From the NCBI GenBank assembly GCA_946487895.1, contig CAMLUO010000004.1, positions 9,990-73,989 of the forward strand: 64,000 nucleotides of DNA, in the 5' to 3' direction. Under the pieces are notes generated by a model. The model made no database searches. It was given only the letters and a program-made list of their open reading frames with translations, and was not told the origin of the DNA. The DNA comes from an uncultured Clostridium sp. (GTDB lineage Bacteria; Bacillota; Clostridia; TANB77; CAG-508). A program made the translations under genes and the position numbers. Below, piece by piece: positions 44,967 through 54,034 of the stretch; within the stretch, counting starts at the first letter, position 1, and each line of letters starts with the position of its first letter.

Positions 44967-45517
44967 TAAAAGCTAACTTTTACATTTTTTCTAGCTTCAT
45001 CGCTTTCAGTTGTGAATAATTCGCGAGCTTTGAATTTGAATATGTTTGCGATTATATTAGAAGGGAAAACTTCTAATTTTGTGTTATACATTGTGACAGT
45101 ATCATTGTAAAATTGTCTTGAAAAAGATATTTTGTTTTCCGTATTTCTTAATTCTTCTGATAGTTCTGAGAAGTTTTGATTAGCTTTTAAATCTGGGTAG
45201 TTTTCAGCAACAGCCATAATTGTTTTTAAAGCAGTTGATAATTCATTATCTAAATTTGCTTTTTCAGCTACAGTTTGTGTTTCTGACCAAGAACTTCTTA
45301 AATCTGTGATTTTTTCGAATGTTTCTTTTTCATGTGTCATGTAGCCTTTTACTGTTTCAACAAAATTAGGTATTAAATCAAATCTCCTTTGTAATTGTAC
45401 ATCAATTTGACTCCAAGCGTTGTCTACTTTTATTCTTGCTTGAACTAAACTGTTATACATAGCAATTACTGCGATTACTAAAATAACTACAATGGCTAAT
45501 ATTATCCAACCAATCAT
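44966..45517 (-). CDS. lemA: LemA family protein
   Basis: N-terminal helix plus NAWSQIDVQLQRRFDLIPN...YPDLKAN...FYND typical of LemA. The classic lemA-htpX pair. Confidence 0.9.
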   Translation of the reverse strand: MIGWIILAIVVILVIAVIAMYNSLVQARIKVDNAWSQIDVQLQRRFDLIPNFVETVKGYMTHEKETFEKITDLRSSWSETQTVAEKANLDNELSTALKTIMAVAENYPDLKANQNFSELSEELRNTENKISFSRQFYNDTVTMYNTKLEVFPSNIIANIFKFKARELFTTESDEARKNVKVSF

Positions 45518-45717
45518 GTTTTTTCCTCCAATCTATTCTATATTTATTATTATATACAAAATTATGATAACATATTAATTTTTTTTATACAATAATTATG
45601 TGAAAATTTAGTGAAGATTCTGTAATAAATGAGAAATCAAATGCATAAAATAATATAAAGCAAAAAATACATCTTTCTTTACGGACAAAGTATTTTGCGG
45701 CGAAAAAATCTCAAAAT

Positions 45718-45746
45718 TTGACAAAAAAAGAAAAAAATAGTATAAT
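45718..45746 (+). promoter_or_regulatory. Consensus sigma-A promoter (TTGACA-N17-TATAAT)
   Basis: TTGACA 45718-45723, TATAAT 45741-45746. SD aaaggagg at 45761-45768. ATG 45781. Confidence 0.7.
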
Positions 45747-45780
45747 ATACTTGTTGCCAAAAAGGAGGTAATTAATTTAT

Positions 45781-46713
45781 ATGAAAAGAGAAGAAAAAGC
45801 TTCAATTTCTATAATGAAAATCATCTGTATAAGTATAATTCTTATTTTAATATCAGGAATAGGAGTTATGGCAGTAAATACACAATTAAATGATGTTAAG
45901 ATAGTACTTCAAAATGGATATGAAATGACAGCATTAACATCAAAAACAAAAGTATCAGACATATTAGAAGAAAATAATATAATTTTAGAAGATAATCAAA
46001 AAACAATACCAGACTTAGATAGTGAAATTGCAGCAGGAGAAACAATAAAAATAACTGATAAATCATATAATGAGGTGCAAATTGCACAAATTTCAGAAGA
46101 GGGTGTAGAAACATCATTAGACCAATTATTAGAAAATTATGCACCTGTTACTGAAAAGATAGTTGTAGAACAAGTGACAATACCTTATGAAACAGTTACA
46201 AAAAATACAACAAATGCAACTACAGGAACAACAAATAAAGTTCTACAACAAGGAAAAGATGGTTTAAAAGAAGTAACTTACAAAGTTAAATATCAAAATG
46301 ATGTAGAAATTGAAAAAACAGTAATATCTGAAGTAGTTATAACAGAACCAGTTGATAGAATAGTTCAAGTTCAAAAAGTTCAAACATCAAGGTCTTCAGC
46401 ATTACCAAGAACATCTTCAACATCTACTACAGGAGGAACAACTTATAAAATTACAGCATATTGTCCTTGTAGTAAATGCTGTGGAAAATCAACAGGAAGA
46501 ACAGCTTCAGGAACAAAAGCAACAGCAGGAAGAACTGTTGCAGCATCAAGTAAATTCGCATTTGGAACAAAATTAAATATAGGAGGTCACATCTATACTG
46601 TTGAAGATAGAGGTGGTGCAATAAATGGTAACAAAATAGACATATTCGTTAATTCACACGCAGAAGCTTTGCAATGGGGAGTTAGATATATGACAGTAAG
46701 TGTAGTTAACTAA
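45781..46713 (+). CDS. YabE/RpfB-like cell-wall protein (DUF348 - G5 - 3D domains)
   Basis: N-terminal anchor, DUF348-like VKIVLQNGYEMTALTSKTKVSDILEENNI, G5-like VLQQGKDGLKEVTYKVKYQNDVEIEK, C-terminal 3D domain TYKITAYCPCSKCCGK...TASG...YTVEDRGGAI.GNKIDIF. Same tatD(yabD)/yabE neighbourhood as in Bacillus. Confidence 0.85.
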   Translation: MKREEKASISIMKIICISIILILISGIGVMAVNTQLNDVKIVLQNGYEMTALTSKTKVSDILEENNIILEDNQKTIPDLDSEIAAGETIKITDKSYNEVQIAQISEEGVETSLDQLLENYAPVTEKIVVEQVTIPYETVTKNTTNATTGTTNKVLQQGKDGLKEVTYKVKYQNDVEIEKTVISEVVITEPVDRIVQVQKVQTSRSSALPRTSSTSTTGGTTYKITAYCPCSKCCGKSTGRTASGTKATAGRTVAASSKFAFGTKLNIGGHIYTVEDRGGAINGNKIDIFVNSHAEALQWGVRYMTVSVVN

Positions 46714-46725
46714 AATATGGAGAAT

Positions 46726-46770
46726 AAAATGCTCATATTTCAAGTTTTATCTTGAAATATGAGCATTTTT
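46726..46770 (+). terminator. Rho-independent terminator
   Basis: 16-19-bp perfect stem aaatgctcatatttcaag / cttgaaatatgagcattt, loop ttttat, T-run. Confidence 0.85.
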
Positions 46771-46818
46771 AGACTATAATATAAAAGTAGTATAAAGAAA
46801 AATTTGGGAGGTTTTTAC

Positions 46819-47649
46819 ATGTCAAATGAAGAAAATTATATAATAGAAAATGAGATAACTGATACTGAAAAGAAACAAGAATATTGGGATACAGGTATTG
46901 GATTAAATAAGGTTGACAACTTAGAACCTTCTAAATATTTGTTAGACTTATCTCAAAAAAATATCAATGGAGAATTAAAATACTATGAAGTAGAGAATTT
47001 ATTAAAAACATATTACGAAACACAAGATCCTAATAATATAAAAATTCAAAAAGAAAAAGAATGTGATTTAGTATCTTTAAGAATAGCTCAATTGTTGGAA
47101 GATAAAAGTTTTGGTTTTAGTCCTATTACTCTAAAAAATATCCATAAATATTTGTTTAAAGATATTTATGACTTCGCTGGTAATTACAGAAATTATAATA
47201 TTACTAAAAAAGAGGACATCCTAAATGGAGAGACTGTTAAATATGTAAATTATCAAGATATTGAAAGTTATTTTGACTATGATTTTAAAGAAGAAAAAGA
47301 ATTTGATTATTCTACACTAAACAATGATGAATTAATAAAGCATATTGCAAAATTTACTTCAAGTATTTGGCAAGTACATCCTTTTGGAGAGGGAAATACT
47401 AGAACAACAGCGGTATTTATTGAAAAATACCTTAACAATATGGGATTTGATGTTAATAATGATATGTTTAAAGAACATAGCTTATATTTTAGAAATGCCT
47501 TAGTTAGAAGTAATTATGGAAATATTCCAAAAGGAATTTATCCAACATTTGATTATTTAGTAATGTTTTTTGAGAATTTATTACAAGAAAAAAACAACGA
47601 ATTAAAAAATAGAGACTTATATATTAAAGAATTGTTTGAAAATTTATAA
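46819..47649 (+). CDS. Fic/Fido-domain protein with a degenerate active-site motif
   Basis: HPFGEGNTRTTAVF at 47377-47418 matches the Fic core HxFx[DE]GN.R. Start set to ATG 46819 (SD gggagg). Confidence 0.8.
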   Translation: MSNEENYIIENEITDTEKKQEYWDTGIGLNKVDNLEPSKYLLDLSQKNINGELKYYEVENLLKTYYETQDPNNIKIQKEKECDLVSLRIAQLLEDKSFGFSPITLKNIHKYLFKDIYDFAGNYRNYNITKKEDILNGETVKYVNYQDIESYFDYDFKEEKEFDYSTLNNDELIKHIAKFTSSIWQVHPFGEGNTRTTAVFIEKYLNNMGFDVNNDMFKEHSLYFRNALVRSNYGNIPKGIYPTFDYLVMFFENLLQEKNNELKNRDLYIKELFENL

Positions 47650-47668
47650 AGATGGAAAGGAATAAAAA

Positions 47669-48439
47669 ATGAAACTAATATCATGGAATGTAAATGGAAT
47701 AAGAGCATGTGTAAATAAAGGATTCAAAGAATTCTTTAAAGAAATAGATGCAGACATATTTTGTATACAAGAAACAAAATGTCAAGAAGGGCAAATAGAA
47801 TTAGAATTTGAAGGGTATAAAAGTTTTTGGAATAGTGCTGAAAGAAAAGGATACTCAGGAACAGCAATCTTCACAAAAATAAATCCATTATCAGTTAGAT
47901 ATGGAATAGGAATTGAAGAACATGATAAAGAAGGAAGAGTTATAACACTTGAATTCGAAGATTTTTATATGGTAAACATCTATACACCAAACTCAAAAAG
48001 AGAATTAGAGAGACTAGATTATAGACAAATATGGGAAGATGAAATAAGAAAATATTTATTAAAGTTAAATGAAACAAAGCCAGTAATAATGTGTGGAGAC
48101 TTAAATGTGGCACATGAAGAAATAGACTTAAAAAATCCAAAAACAAATAGAGGAAATGCAGGATTTACAGATGAAGAAAGAGCAAAGATGACAGAACTAT
48201 TAAATGCAGGATTTGTAGATAGTTTTCGCTATCTATATCCAGATAAAGAAGAACAATATAGTTGGTGGTCATATATGGGAAAAGCAAGAGAAAAAAATGT
48301 AGGATGGAGAATTGACTATTTTATAGTATCAAAAGATATAAAGGACAGAATAAAAGAAGCAACAATTTATCCAGAAGTGATGGGAAGTGACCATTGCCCA
48401 GTAGGACTTGTGGTTAGTTTGGGGACAGGTTCGGACTGA
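47669..48439 (+). CDS. xth: Exodeoxyribonuclease III (ExoA/Xth family AP endonuclease)
   Basis: [30 protein letters not shown]...R..N.GWRIDY, GSDHCPV motifs. Confidence 0.93.
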   Translation: MKLISWNVNGIRACVNKGFKEFFKEIDADIFCIQETKCQEGQIELEFEGYKSFWNSAERKGYSGTAIFTKINPLSVRYGIGIEEHDKEGRVITLEFEDFYMVNIYTPNSKRELERLDYRQIWEDEIRKYLLKLNETKPVIMCGDLNVAHEEIDLKNPKTNRGNAGFTDEERAKMTELLNAGFVDSFRYLYPDKEEQYSWWSYMGKAREKNVGWRIDYFIVSKDIKDRIKEATIYPEVMGSDHCPVGLVVSLGTGSD

Positions 48440-48465
48440 CCATTTTTGGATAGTTTAGGGACGGC
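48411..48465 (+). repeat. GGGAC-pair repeat R3 overlapping the xth 3' end
   Basis: tggttagtttggggacagg ttcggactgaccattt ttggatagtttagggacggc. Unit 1 lies inside the last 9 codons of xth. Close copy at 60499-60570. Confidence 0.8.
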
Positions 48466-48498
48466 ACTTTTGTACAAAAAAGAAAGGAATGAAGTTTA

Positions 48499-49644
48499 GT
48501 GGAGAAAATAAAAAGTGATTGGAAAAAGTGGTTATACTGGTTTTTGCTAGGTTTTGCAATAATTGTAGTATATAATATCTTTAATAATTTTGATGCAGTA
48601 ATGGGAGTTTTAGGAAGATTTTTTGATATAATAGCTCCATTTCTAGCAGGTATTTTTATAGCATATTTGCTATATATGCCATGTAGAAAAATAGAAAGAT
48701 TTTTTTCAAAGTCTAAATCAAAGTTTGCAAAGAAAAGAGCAAGGATTTTAAGTATAATAACAGTATATTTAATAGTTTTTCTAATATTTGTAATTTTAAT
48801 AGGAGTTATATTACCTGTTGTAATAGAAAGTGTAACAGACTTTTTAAATAATATTCAAAGTTATTATGAAACAGCAATTGATAGATATAATGCTTTGCCA
48901 GAGAATTCAATATTAAAAAGTGAAATAGTAGATGATGCAATTCAAAGTATACAACATATAGATATCAAACAATATTTCCAAATGGAGAAGTTAATAGGAT
49001 ATGTAATGACAGCATTTCAAGCAGTTACAGGTGTTGTTGATATATTTGTTACATTAATTGTTTCTATATACATATTGGCAGAAAGAACAAAAATTATAGC
49101 ATTTTTGAAAAGAGTAGCATCTGCTATGTTTAAAGAGAGAACATATAAAAATGTAAATAAATATTTTAATAGCTCAAATGAAGTATTCTTTAAATTTATT
49201 GCTAGCCAATTTTTAGATGCAGTAGTAGTTGGTACTTTAATTACTATAGCATTAACAATTATGGGAGTTAAATATGCTCCATTACTTGGATTCTTTATAG
49301 GACTATTTAATATGATACCTTTTGTTGGAGCAATAATTGCTACGGTAATTTCAGCGTTGATTACTTTAATAACTGGAGGTCTTAGTCAAGCAATATGGAT
49401 GCTTATCGTAACTATTGTATTACAACAGATTGATGCAAATATAATTAATCCTAAGATTGTAGGTCAATCATTAAAAATCAGTCCATTATTAGTTTTATTT
49501 GCAGTAACTGTTGGAGGAGCATATTTTGGAATATTGGGAATGTTCTTAGCTGTACCTGTAATTGCAGTAATACGTATTTTAGTAGATGATTTTATAAGTT
49601 ATAGATTGCTTATTAAGAAAAGGGAAAAAAGAAAAGAGGAATAA
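48499..49644 (+). CDS. AI-2E family (UPF0118/PerM-like) transporter
   Basis: Eight hydrophobic segments and the family-typical C-terminal NPKIVGQSLKISPLLVLFAVTVGGAYFGILGMFLAVPV. Confidence 0.85.
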   Translation: MEKIKSDWKKWLYWFLLGFAIIVVYNIFNNFDAVMGVLGRFFDIIAPFLAGIFIAYLLYMPCRKIERFFSKSKSKFAKKRARILSIITVYLIVFLIFVILIGVILPVVIESVTDFLNNIQSYYETAIDRYNALPENSILKSEIVDDAIQSIQHIDIKQYFQMEKLIGYVMTAFQAVTGVVDIFVTLIVSIYILAERTKIIAFLKRVASAMFKERTYKNVNKYFNSSNEVFFKFIASQFLDAVVVGTLITIALTIMGVKYAPLLGFFIGLFNMIPFVGAIIATVISALITLITGGLSQAIWMLIVTIVLQQIDANIINPKIVGQSLKISPLLVLFAVTVGGAYFGILGMFLAVPVIAVIRILVDDFISYRLLIKKREKRKEE

Positions 49645-50637
49645 ATGAAAAATAAAATTTTAGAAACAATAAAAAAATATAACATGATAGAAAACGGAGA
49701 AAAAGTAGTTTTAGCAGTATCTGGAGGACCAGATTCTATTTGCATGCTTGATATATTAAAGGATATAAAAAACGACGAAAAAATAGATATGAACTTTGAA
49801 ATAGTAGTTGCACATGTTAATCATATGATTAGAAAAGAAGCGGAAGAAGACGAAAAATATGTTAAAAAATATTGTGAAGAAAATCAAATAGAATTTTATT
49901 CAAAAAGTATAGATGTTCAAAAAATGGCTAATAATAATAAAATAGGATTAGAAGAAGCAGGAAGAAGAGCAAGATATGATTTTTTTGATGAAATTTTAGA
50001 AAAAACAAATGCACAAAAAATTGCAATTGCACATAACAAAAATGACAAAGTTGAAACAGTTTTAATGCATATACTAAGAGGTAGTGGAATAAATGGATTG
50101 AAAGGAATTGAGCCTAAAAGAGCAAAATATATAAGACCATTAATTGAATGTGAAAGAAACGAAATTGAAGAATATTGTAATGAAAAAAATTTGCAACCTA
50201 GAATTGATAAAACAAATTTTGAAAATGAATATACAAGAAATAAAGTAAGAAATCTATTAATTCCGTATATTCAAAAGGAATTTAATCCAAATCTAATCCA
50301 AACAATTGATAGATTATCAAATCTAGTTGCAGAAGAAGAAGATTACATGGACAAGCAAGTTCAAAAGATATATGAAGAGATATTAATTAGTGAAAATGAA
50401 AAAGAAATACAATTAGATTTAAAAACATTTAATCTTCAAGAAAAAGTAATAAAATCAAGGGTTATATTATATACTATAACAAGACTTTTTGGGAATTCCA
50501 AAGGTTTGGAAAAGATACATATAGAAGATATAATAAAATTATGTAGTAACAATATAGGTAACAAATACTTGACTCCAAATAAAAAAATAAAAATATTGAT
50601 AAAAAATCATAAGATTTACTTCATGAGTCAAGTGTAG
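49645..50637 (+). CDS. tilS: tRNA(Ile)-lysidine synthase
   Basis: PP-loop VLAVSGGPDSICM, HVNHMIR, AHNKNDKVETVLM. ATG immediately follows the upstream stop. tilS-ftsH order as in Bacillus and Clostridium. Confidence 0.9.
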   Translation: MKNKILETIKKYNMIENGEKVVLAVSGGPDSICMLDILKDIKNDEKIDMNFEIVVAHVNHMIRKEAEEDEKYVKKYCEENQIEFYSKSIDVQKMANNNKIGLEEAGRRARYDFFDEILEKTNAQKIAIAHNKNDKVETVLMHILRGSGINGLKGIEPKRAKYIRPLIECERNEIEEYCNEKNLQPRIDKTNFENEYTRNKVRNLLIPYIQKEFNPNLIQTIDRLSNLVAEEEDYMDKQVQKIYEEILISENEKEIQLDLKTFNLQEKVIKSRVILYTITRLFGNSKGLEKIHIEDIIKLCSNNIGNKYLTPNKKIKILIKNHKIYFMSQV

Positions 50638-50698
50638 AAATCCGTAATGAAAAACGCTACAACCATTGAAATGTCACAAAAAAGTCATAAAAAAAGTA

Positions 50699-50727
50699 TT
50701 GAAAAAATAAAAGTGATATGTTATAAA
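50699..50727 (+). promoter_or_regulatory. Promoter with extended -10 (TTGAAA-N17 incl. TGt-TATAAA) for ftsH
   Basis: TTGAAA 50699-50704, TG 50719-50720, TATAAA 50722-50727. Confidence 0.55.
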
Positions 50728-50763
50728 AGCAATATGAAAAACAAAACATAAGGAGGAATTAAT

Positions 50764-52575
50764 TTGAAAAACGGTATTAAAACTTTAGCAATGTGGTTAA
50801 TAATAGGGGTAATATTCATAGTAGTCTTATCTTCAATTGTAGAAAACAGTGAATCAAAACTACAATATTCTGAATTAATTACAAATATTAATGCAGGAAA
50901 TGTAGAGTCAATTCAAATAAATTCAGATGGAACAACAGCTACAGTTGAATTAAAAGATGATAGAATAAGAAAAGAAGTTAATATTCCAGATATGGGAAGT
51001 TTCATGAGTTATGTAGAAGAATTCTTAAAAGATGGAGCATTTTCTTTAGAAGAAGAATCTCAATCAATATTTATAACAGTACTTAGCTTATTAACACCAT
51101 TTGGATTATTAATAATCTTCTTAATATTCTGGTTCTTCATGATGGGAGGAACAGCAGGAAGTGGAAATCCAGGAAGTAAAACAATGACATTTGGAAAAAG
51201 CAAAGCCAGAATGATGACACCTGCTGATAAAAATAAAATTACATTTGATGATGTAGCAGGAGTAGATGAAGAAAAAGAAGAACTAGAAGAAATAGTACAA
51301 TTCTTAAAAAATCCAAAGAAATTTACAGATATGGGAGCTAGAATTCCAAAAGGAGTTTTATTAGTAGGTCAACCAGGAACAGGTAAAACACTTTTAGCAA
51401 AAGCAGTAGCAGGAGAAGCAGGAGTACCATTCTTCATAATAAGTGGTTCAGACTTTGTTGAAATGTTTGTTGGTGTTGGAGCATCAAGAGTAAGAGACTT
51501 ATTTGATCAAGCTAAGAAAAATGCACCATGTATCATATTCATAGATGAAATTGATGCAGTAGGACGTCAAAGAGGAGCAGGACTTGGTGGAGGACATGAT
51601 GAAAGAGAACAAACATTAAACCAATTATTAGTTGAAATGGATGGATTTGCAGCAAATGAAGGAGTTATAGTATTAGCTGCAACAAACAGACCAGATGTAT
51701 TAGATAAAGCGTTACTTAGAGCAGGAAGATTTGATAGACAAATAGTAGTAGGATTACCAGATGTAAAAGCAAGAGAACAAATATTAGAAGTACATTCAAG
51801 AAAGAAAAGATTAGCTGATGATGTAGACTTGAAAGTCATAGCTAAAAACACATCAGGATTTGCAGGAGCAGATTTAGAGAACATATTAAATGAAGCAGCA
51901 TTACTTGCAGCAAGAAGAAACCTAAATGAAATTGGAATGAGAGAAATCGAAGATGCAATGATAAAAGTAACAATGGGACCTGAAAAGAAAACAAAAGTAA
52001 GAAGTGAAAAAGAAAATAAATTAGTTGCATATCATGAAGCAGGTCATGCAGTAGTAAGCCATTACTTAGAAACACAAGACCCAGTACATGAAATATCAAT
52101 AGTACCAAGAGGAATGGCTGGTGGATATACAATGTATAGACCAACAGAAGATAAATCGTTCATGTCAAAAACAGAAATGGAAGAAAATATCGTATCACTA
52201 TTAGGTGGTAGAGTTGCAGAAGCCCTAATATTAAATGATATATCAACAGGAGCAAGTAATGACATAGAAAGAGCAACAAAAATTGCAAGAAGTATGGTTA
52301 CAAAATACGGAATGAGTGAAAAAATCGGAGCATTAATGTTAGGTTCTAGTCAAGAAGAAGTATTTTTAGGAAGAGACTTTGGTCATACTAAAGAATATTC
52401 AGAAGAAACAGCAGCAGTAATAGATGAAGAAACAAAGAGAATAGTAGATACTGGATATAACAGAGCAAAACAAATACTATCAGACAATATAGACAAACTA
52501 CACCAAGTTGCAGGAATATTACTAGAAAAAGAAAAAATCAATGCAGACGAATTCGAAGCAATTTTTGGAGAATAG
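50764..52575 (+). CDS. ftsH: ATP-dependent zinc metalloprotease FtsH
   Basis: TTG start with SD aaggagg. Walker A GQPGTGKT, Walker [12 protein letters not shown], zinc motif HEAGHAV. Confidence 0.97.
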   Translation: MKNGIKTLAMWLIIGVIFIVVLSSIVENSESKLQYSELITNINAGNVESIQINSDGTTATVELKDDRIRKEVNIPDMGSFMSYVEEFLKDGAFSLEEESQSIFITVLSLLTPFGLLIIFLIFWFFMMGGTAGSGNPGSKTMTFGKSKARMMTPADKNKITFDDVAGVDEEKEELEEIVQFLKNPKKFTDMGARIPKGVLLVGQPGTGKTLLAKAVAGEAGVPFFIISGSDFVEMFVGVGASRVRDLFDQAKKNAPCIIFIDEIDAVGRQRGAGLGGGHDEREQTLNQLLVEMDGFAANEGVIVLAATNRPDVLDKALLRAGRFDRQIVVGLPDVKAREQILEVHSRKKRLADDVDLKVIAKNTSGFAGADLENILNEAALLAARRNLNEIGMREIEDAMIKVTMGPEKKTKVRSEKENKLVAYHEAGHAVVSHYLETQDPVHEISIVPRGMAGGYTMYRPTEDKSFMSKTEMEENIVSLLGGRVAEALILNDISTGASNDIERATKIARSMVTKYGMSEKIGALMLGSSQEEVFLGRDFGHTKEYSEETAAVIDEETKRIVDTGYNRAKQILSDNIDKLHQVAGILLEKEKINADEFEAIFGE

Positions 52576-52630
52576 GGACTAGGGGGACGGTCCTAAAAAT
52601 CCCTGCTTTTAGGGATTTAGGGACGGACCT
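52573..52630 (+). repeat. GGGAC repeat R4 at the ftsH 3' end (three units)
   Basis: tagggac tagggggacggtcctaaaaatccctgcttttagggatttagggacggacc. The ftsH stop TAG is the first 3 nt. 52580-52630 is nearly identical to R1. Confidence 0.85.
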
Positions 52631-52763
52631 TAAATTCTTCTTGTTAGGATTGATGGATAGTCTTAAAAATAAAAGGAAAGTAGCAAAAATATATTGCTAT
52701 TTTCTTTTTTTTGCGATAAAATGAAAACACCACAGAGAAAAAAGGAAGAAGTAGGGAATAGCA

Positions 52764-53099
52764 ATGAAAAATTACTATGAAATATTAGAAGTTAATAAAA
52801 AAGCCTCGAAAGAAGTAATAGAAAAAGCATATAAAGTATTAGTAAAAAAATATCATCCAGACTTATATTCTGGACAAAAGAAAAATTATGCCGAAGAAAA
52901 GATAAAAGAAATAAATGAAGCATATAGTGTTTTAACAGATGAATTTATGAAAGAACAATATGATGCTGAACTAGAAAAACAAGAACAAGCAGAATTATAT
53001 AAAAAATACAATCAAAAGCAGAACGATAATACTATACAAAAAGAAACTAAAGCACACAAATCACGGACAAAACAAGAAAAAAGAAGTAGAAGATTTTAA
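52764..53099 (+). CDS. J-domain (DnaJ-like) protein
   Basis: NYYEILEV.K.AS.E.I.KAYK.L.KKYHPDL with an HPD tripeptide. K/E/Q-rich tail. Confidence 0.85.
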   Translation: MKNYYEILEVNKKASKEVIEKAYKVLVKKYHPDLYSGQKKNYAEEKIKEINEAYSVLTDEFMKEQYDAELEKQEQAELYKKYNQKQNDNTIQKETKAHKSRTKQEKRSRRF

Positions 53100-53106
53100 C
53101 GAAAGA

Positions 53107-53355
53107 ATGAAAAAACACAAAGTTGGTTCATTTGGTGGAATAGTTGAATTGTGCAAAGAATTATACAAAAATAAGCCTAAAAGAGATGAAATAAAAGAGG
53201 TAACAAAAAAAGATGTTATAGCATTAATATTAACAATAATAGTTGTAATATTGGTACTTGTGGCTTTATGGTATATACCATTTACAAATGGATGGATGAG
53301 ACAATTATTATTTGAAAATTCACTTTTTAATGCAATAGCGGGATTATTTAAATGA
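53107..53355 (+). CDS. Hypothetical small membrane protein
   Basis: 82-aa ORF, one hydrophobic helix VIALILTIIVVILVLVALWYI. Starts 7 nt after the J-domain gene stop. Confidence 0.5.
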   Translation: MKKHKVGSFGGIVELCKELYKNKPKRDEIKEVTKKDVIALILTIIVVILVLVALWYIPFTNGWMRQLLFENSLFNAIAGLFK

Positions 53356-53384
53356 AAATAGGTTGATTTATTGAAATTTGGCTA

Positions 53385-53413
53385 TTGACAACAACAATTC
53401 ATTAATGTATAAT
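53385..53413 (+). promoter_or_regulatory. Consensus sigma-A promoter (TTGACA-N17-TATAAT) for rpsU
   Basis: TTGACA 53385-53390, TATAAT 53408-53413. Confidence 0.7.
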
Positions 53414-53478
53414 AGTAGCGTTAAGAAGGGTTATCCCACATACACTTTTCGTATGGACCGGAAGGAGGGGAATAAAAA

Positions 53479-53649
53479 ATGTCAGAAATAAAAGTTAATA
53501 ATGGAAATATAGAAGACGCACTAAGAAGATTTAAAAGACAATGCGCAAGAAATGGAGTACTTCAGGAAGTACGTAAAAGAGAACACTATGAAAAACCTAG
53601 TGTAAAGAGAAAGAAAAAATCAGAAGCAGCTAGAAAAAGAAAATTTTAG
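53479..53649 (+). CDS. rpsU: 30S ribosomal protein S21 (56 aa, absent from the ORF track)
   Basis: Own translation: [58 protein letters not shown] gaaggagggg 8 nt upstream. Classic S21 sequence. Confidence 0.93.
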   Translation: MSEIKVNNGNIEDALRRFKRQCARNGVLQEVRKREHYEKPSVKRKKKSEAARKRKF

Positions 53650-53670
53650 TATGAAAATAAAAAGGATTGG

Positions 53671-53717
53671 ATTGGAAGTTAAGGATGTACATATAACATA
53701 AGACTTCCAATTTTTTT
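53671..53717 (+). terminator. Rho-independent terminator of rpsU
   Basis: 9-bp stem attggaagt / acttccaat followed by a T7 run. Confidence 0.75.
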
Positions 53718-53741
53718 ATTAGAAGTTATGATATATTCTCT

Positions 53742-53920
53742 AAGTTAAAATATAAAATTTTACTTATTAAATGGTTAACATTACAGAATATACAAATTCT
53801 AACATTATAAATCAGGCACTTCTCAAAGACAAGTTTGAGATTCTCCTAATTTATAATTTAAGAATTTGTAATATTCTTTCATTCACACATTTAATTGCAT
53901 AAAATTTCATTTTTTAACTT
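53742..53920. repeat. 179-nt nested palindromic element E3, homolog of E2
   Basis: Shares the core aggcacYtctcaaag..agtttgagattctcct (53814-53847 vs 25668-25700) with E2. Also shares the left-flank blocks atataaaatttta.ttatta and ggYtaacattaca. Has its own inner arms attataaatcagg / cctaatttataat and imperfect outer arms. Confidence 0.85.
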
Positions 53921-54034
53921 TTGAATGCAAAAAAAGTTTTAGCTAGTAAATAAAATTTATAAAATTAAAAAATAAGTGTATAATAAATAATATTAAAGTA
54001 AAAAACTGAAAGTAAATAAAAAGGAGGAAGATTT

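Noticed and set aside
45518-45780. A possible cyclic-di-AMP (ydaO-type) riboswitch upstream of the YabE/Rpf-like gene, as seen before some cell-wall hydrolase genes.
   Set aside because: The region is almost pure A/T, lacks the GC-rich pseudo-symmetric helices of that riboswitch, and contains a consensus promoter only 35 nt from the start codon.
53415-53478. A possible structured leader or riboswitch upstream of rpsU (gggttatccc..., catac/gtatg stems).
   Set aside because: Only short 4-5-bp stems are present, and there is no resemblance to any riboswitch or leader class I know. The 65-nt 5'-UTR is adequately explained by the promoter and SD.
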